A stretch of DNA of 36,640 nt, from the NCBI RefSeq assembly GCF_001194135.2, contig NC_069009.1, positions 531,098 to 567,737 on the forward strand. Reading direction: 5' to 3'. Origin of the DNA: Octopus bimaculoides. Its lineage: Eukaryota. A program made the translations under genes and the position numbers. Within the stretch, counting starts at the first letter, position 1. The number at the start of each line of letters is the position of its first letter. Under the pieces are notes generated by a model. It did not search any database. It was not told the origin of the DNA and saw only the letters and a list, made by a program, of their open reading frames with translations. Below are positions 34,056 to 36,640 of the stretch, piece by piece.

Positions 34056-34517
34056 TGTACAGTTTGTCGACTGGTGGGCACAGATTTGAAAAAGCTGGAT
34101 AAGATAGACCACGTGGGTTCGACAGCATGTTGCTTTTGGTCAGGACGGTCAGACTCGATGCCACCAGGCAGAGCATTTGCAAGGTACTGGGGAAGTGCAA
34201 CATGTGCCAATTTATCGATTCTGCAGCCAGGGCACACAAAACAAGTGAGATTCGGGTGGAAGAAAACTGCAGGTGACCAGCCATTGACGTCATGCACTAT
34301 CGGAGAAAAGTATACCTCTTAATGGTGGATGGCTTTATTGAGAGAAATCAGAGCGGTAACTGCTGCCAATTTGGCAGAAGTGCTGAAAATAGTGTTTGTG
34401 GAAAGTGGTCCCGTCTCGCAGAGACATATCCTAGTGCAAATGGAGACATCTGAGCATGGTGCTGCAGCGGCTGGAGTAATACGCATATGTTAAATGAATT
34501 CTTTGATTTCCGACATA

Positions 34518-34800
34518 TAACATGCAAGTGGTTGAGCACTCCACAGACACGTGTACCCTTAACGTAGTTCTCGAGGAGATTCAGCGTGACACAGTGTGAC
34601 ATGGCTGACCCTTTGAATTACAGGCACAACAGAAACAGGAAGTAAGAGCGAGAGAAAGTTGTGGAGGAAGAGTACAGCAGGGTTCGCCACCATCCCCTGC
34701 TGGAGCCTCGTGGGGCTTTTAGGTGTTTTCACTCCAATAAACACTCACAACGCCCGGTCTGGGAGTCGAAACCGCAATCCTATGACCACGAGACCGCTGC
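34518..34800 (-). mobile_element. SINE family B, partial
   Basis: Matches 7500-7790. Confidence 0.85.
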
Positions 34801-34839
34801 GCGTCCACCAGTGTCAAGTGTAGAGGAAGGACAATGATT

Positions 34840-35045
34840 GGAAATGACGTGAAAAAAAAAAGGGGGCCGGCAGTACGTCAACATGACGTAACCTCAGGAA
34901 GTCAGAGGTTTTATTTATTTAATTATGGGTTTCAGCCAAGTGGCTGTGGTCATGCTGGAGCACCAGAAGACGATTTCATTCTAGCGGTATCAGCGACAGG
35001 GTCAAGTCCTGTGATGGAAAGGGTCGTGGAGTAGAACATGTGAGT
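34840..35045 (+). promoter_or_regulatory. Second copy of the candidate promoter / exon 1 / donor
   Basis: TGACGT at 34845, TGACGTAA near 34884, CCGGCAGT and CAGGAAGT, donor AT|GTGAGT at 35040. Confidence 0.5.
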
Positions 35046-35650
35046 ACACTTTATTAAAATAATCTGGTGAAAAATTGAAAAAACAAAGGTGCAGTTGTTG
35101 AAAGAATGGGACAAAGAAACGGAACGGAAACCAAGCAGTCAGTAGAGCCATCTATTGGAGAATTCAAGAAATACAATCATATCAAGGGAAATAACTTCTA
35201 CTTTACTTCAACCTCGGTCCAGTTAAATTATTAAGGTGATTGAATTACCAATCACTGAGTCGTTGTTTATATCTGAATACGATAAGTTGACGAAGATTTA
35301 CTCTAAGGTGATAATAACACTAATAATAAAGTAATTATGTGAACCTCTCGATGTTACAGTAATTATTTTGAAGCGGAAACTTAACAATGTAAGGAAAATA
35401 AGTTTGCCGCCTTAAATACTGACTTCCAAACTGAAATGTTGAAATGCTGCTTCTGAAACCCTCTGATCGACTGTTATATGTGATATAAAGGAAATTGATT
35501 TGTAAAGTGAGAATAATACATGATCAATTAGTTAAATGAGAAGAAACCGATCGAAGAATACCACATTAATTTATATTGTTCTGTTGTTTATGAAACACTA
35601 ATTAAACGGTAAGTTGACACAAATTTACTTTAAGGTTATATTAATAATAG
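35030..35650 (+). repeat. Cassette spacer type A (start of the next unit; gene presumably beyond the window)
   Basis: Motif at 35147; GTAAGT at 35609. Downstream 36040-36400 is homologous to intron parts of units 2 and 4. Confidence 0.75.
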
Positions 35651-35659
35651 TAATGATGG

Positions 35660-36016
35660 AGGTGCAATGGCCCAGTGGTTAGGGCAGCGGACTCGCGGTT
35701 TCGATTCCCAGAGTGAGTGTTTATTGACCGAAAACACCGAAAGCCCCACGAGGCTCCCGCAGGGGATGGTGGCGAGCCTTGCTGTACTCTTCTACCACAA
35801 CTTTCTCTCGCTCTTACTTCCTGTTTCTGTTGTGCCTGTAATTCAAAGGGTCAGCCTTGTCACACTGTGTCACGCTGAATATCCCCGAGAACTATGTTAA
35901 GGGTACACGTGTCTGTGGGGTGCTCAGCCACTTGCACGTTAGTTTCACGAGCAGGCTGTTCCGTTGATCGGATCAACTGGAACCCTCGTCGTCGTTAAGC
36001 GACGGAGTGCCAACAA
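35660..36016 (+). mobile_element. SINE family B
   Basis: Head with small deletions; full 3' end. Confidence 0.85.
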
Positions 36017-36044
36017 AATACAGTACAATAATAGTAATGATGAT

Positions 36045-36200
36045 GGTTTCAAATGTTGGCTCAAAGCTAGCAATCTTTCATGGAACCCAGTATTTCTAAA
36101 AAGATGAAAGACAAAGTCAACCTGGTCCGTTGTTGAAGTTAGGAGACTGACGAAATGCCGTTCAGTATTTTGTCCGGTTTGCTAACGCTTCTGGCAGTAA
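36045..36200 (-). mobile_element. SINE family D remnant
   Basis: Shares GTCCGG.TTGCTAACGCTTCTGGCAGTAAATAATAGAATT with 8640-8680. Confidence 0.6.
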
Positions 36201-36417
36201 ATAATAGAATTATATAAACCCTTCGAAGTTACAGTAATCATATCGAAATGAAAACAGAACAACACTGTTGTTTTTAAAACCACCCCAGGGTTGAGTTTTA
36301 TGTGATATAAAGTAAATAGATGAAAGATTTGGTGGATTAACGGTAATTCAAAATTTTCTATGACTGCGTTTCTGATAATGTAGATTACGATGATGATACT
36401 TTTCAGATTATGTAGAT

Positions 36418-36640
36418 CAGGGGTTTTCAAACTTTTTGACTTGCGGACCCCTTTATATTTCAGGCTTTACCTTAGGGAACCCCTTATAAACGCTTATGAA
36501 ATTTATACATAAATATTTGCTTAAAATAACATATTTTTACATTATGTATAAACCAGGGGTTTTCAAACTTTTTGACTTGCGGACCCCTTTATATTTCAGG
36601 CTTTACCTTAGGGAACCCCTTATAAACGCTTATGAAATTT
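36418..36640 (+). mobile_element. hAT-type terminal sequence, tandemly duplicated (136-bp period)
   Basis: CAGGGGTTTTCAAACTTTTT at 36418 and 36554 resembles hAT/Charlie-type TIR starts. Confidence 0.6.

Noticed and set aside
35660-35720. tRNA-like heads as tRNA genes (also about 7740-7805, 26897-26970, 8810-8875)
   Set aside because: They are degenerate and always followed by SINE bodies.

Overview
AT-rich eukaryotic DNA with four N-gaps and dense SINEs. The finger-only C2H2 genes and SINE types suggest an octopus or other coleoid cephalopod (inference; no database search was run). The window holds a tandem cluster of six C2H2 zinc-finger ORFs (15, 24, 16, 14, 12 and 17 fingers). One is on the minus strand, head-to-head with five on the plus strand. 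The genes sit in a repeated cassette: conserved non-coding spacer (CTCF-like GCCATCTATTGG motif plus G|GTAAGT donor), variable intron, conserved TATTTCAG|AATAT acceptor, leader built from dead fingers, ZNF ORF, decayed fingers, and a conserved 3' module with AATAAA (absent after gene 5). The top observation is a seventh cassette (26.2-27.7 kb) that keeps its promoter-like region, spacer and poly(A) module. Its ZNF exon is replaced by an intact 133-codon ORF encoding the DNA-binding N-terminus of a Tc1/mariner transposase, behind a look-alike acceptor. Other features are a co-oriented CTCF-like array, repeated TAT->TAA truncation at one finger position, finger-level sequence exchange between paralogues, Merlin transposons, CpG hairpin modules, RTE LINE fossils and four SINE families. 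Repeat boundaries are approximate.
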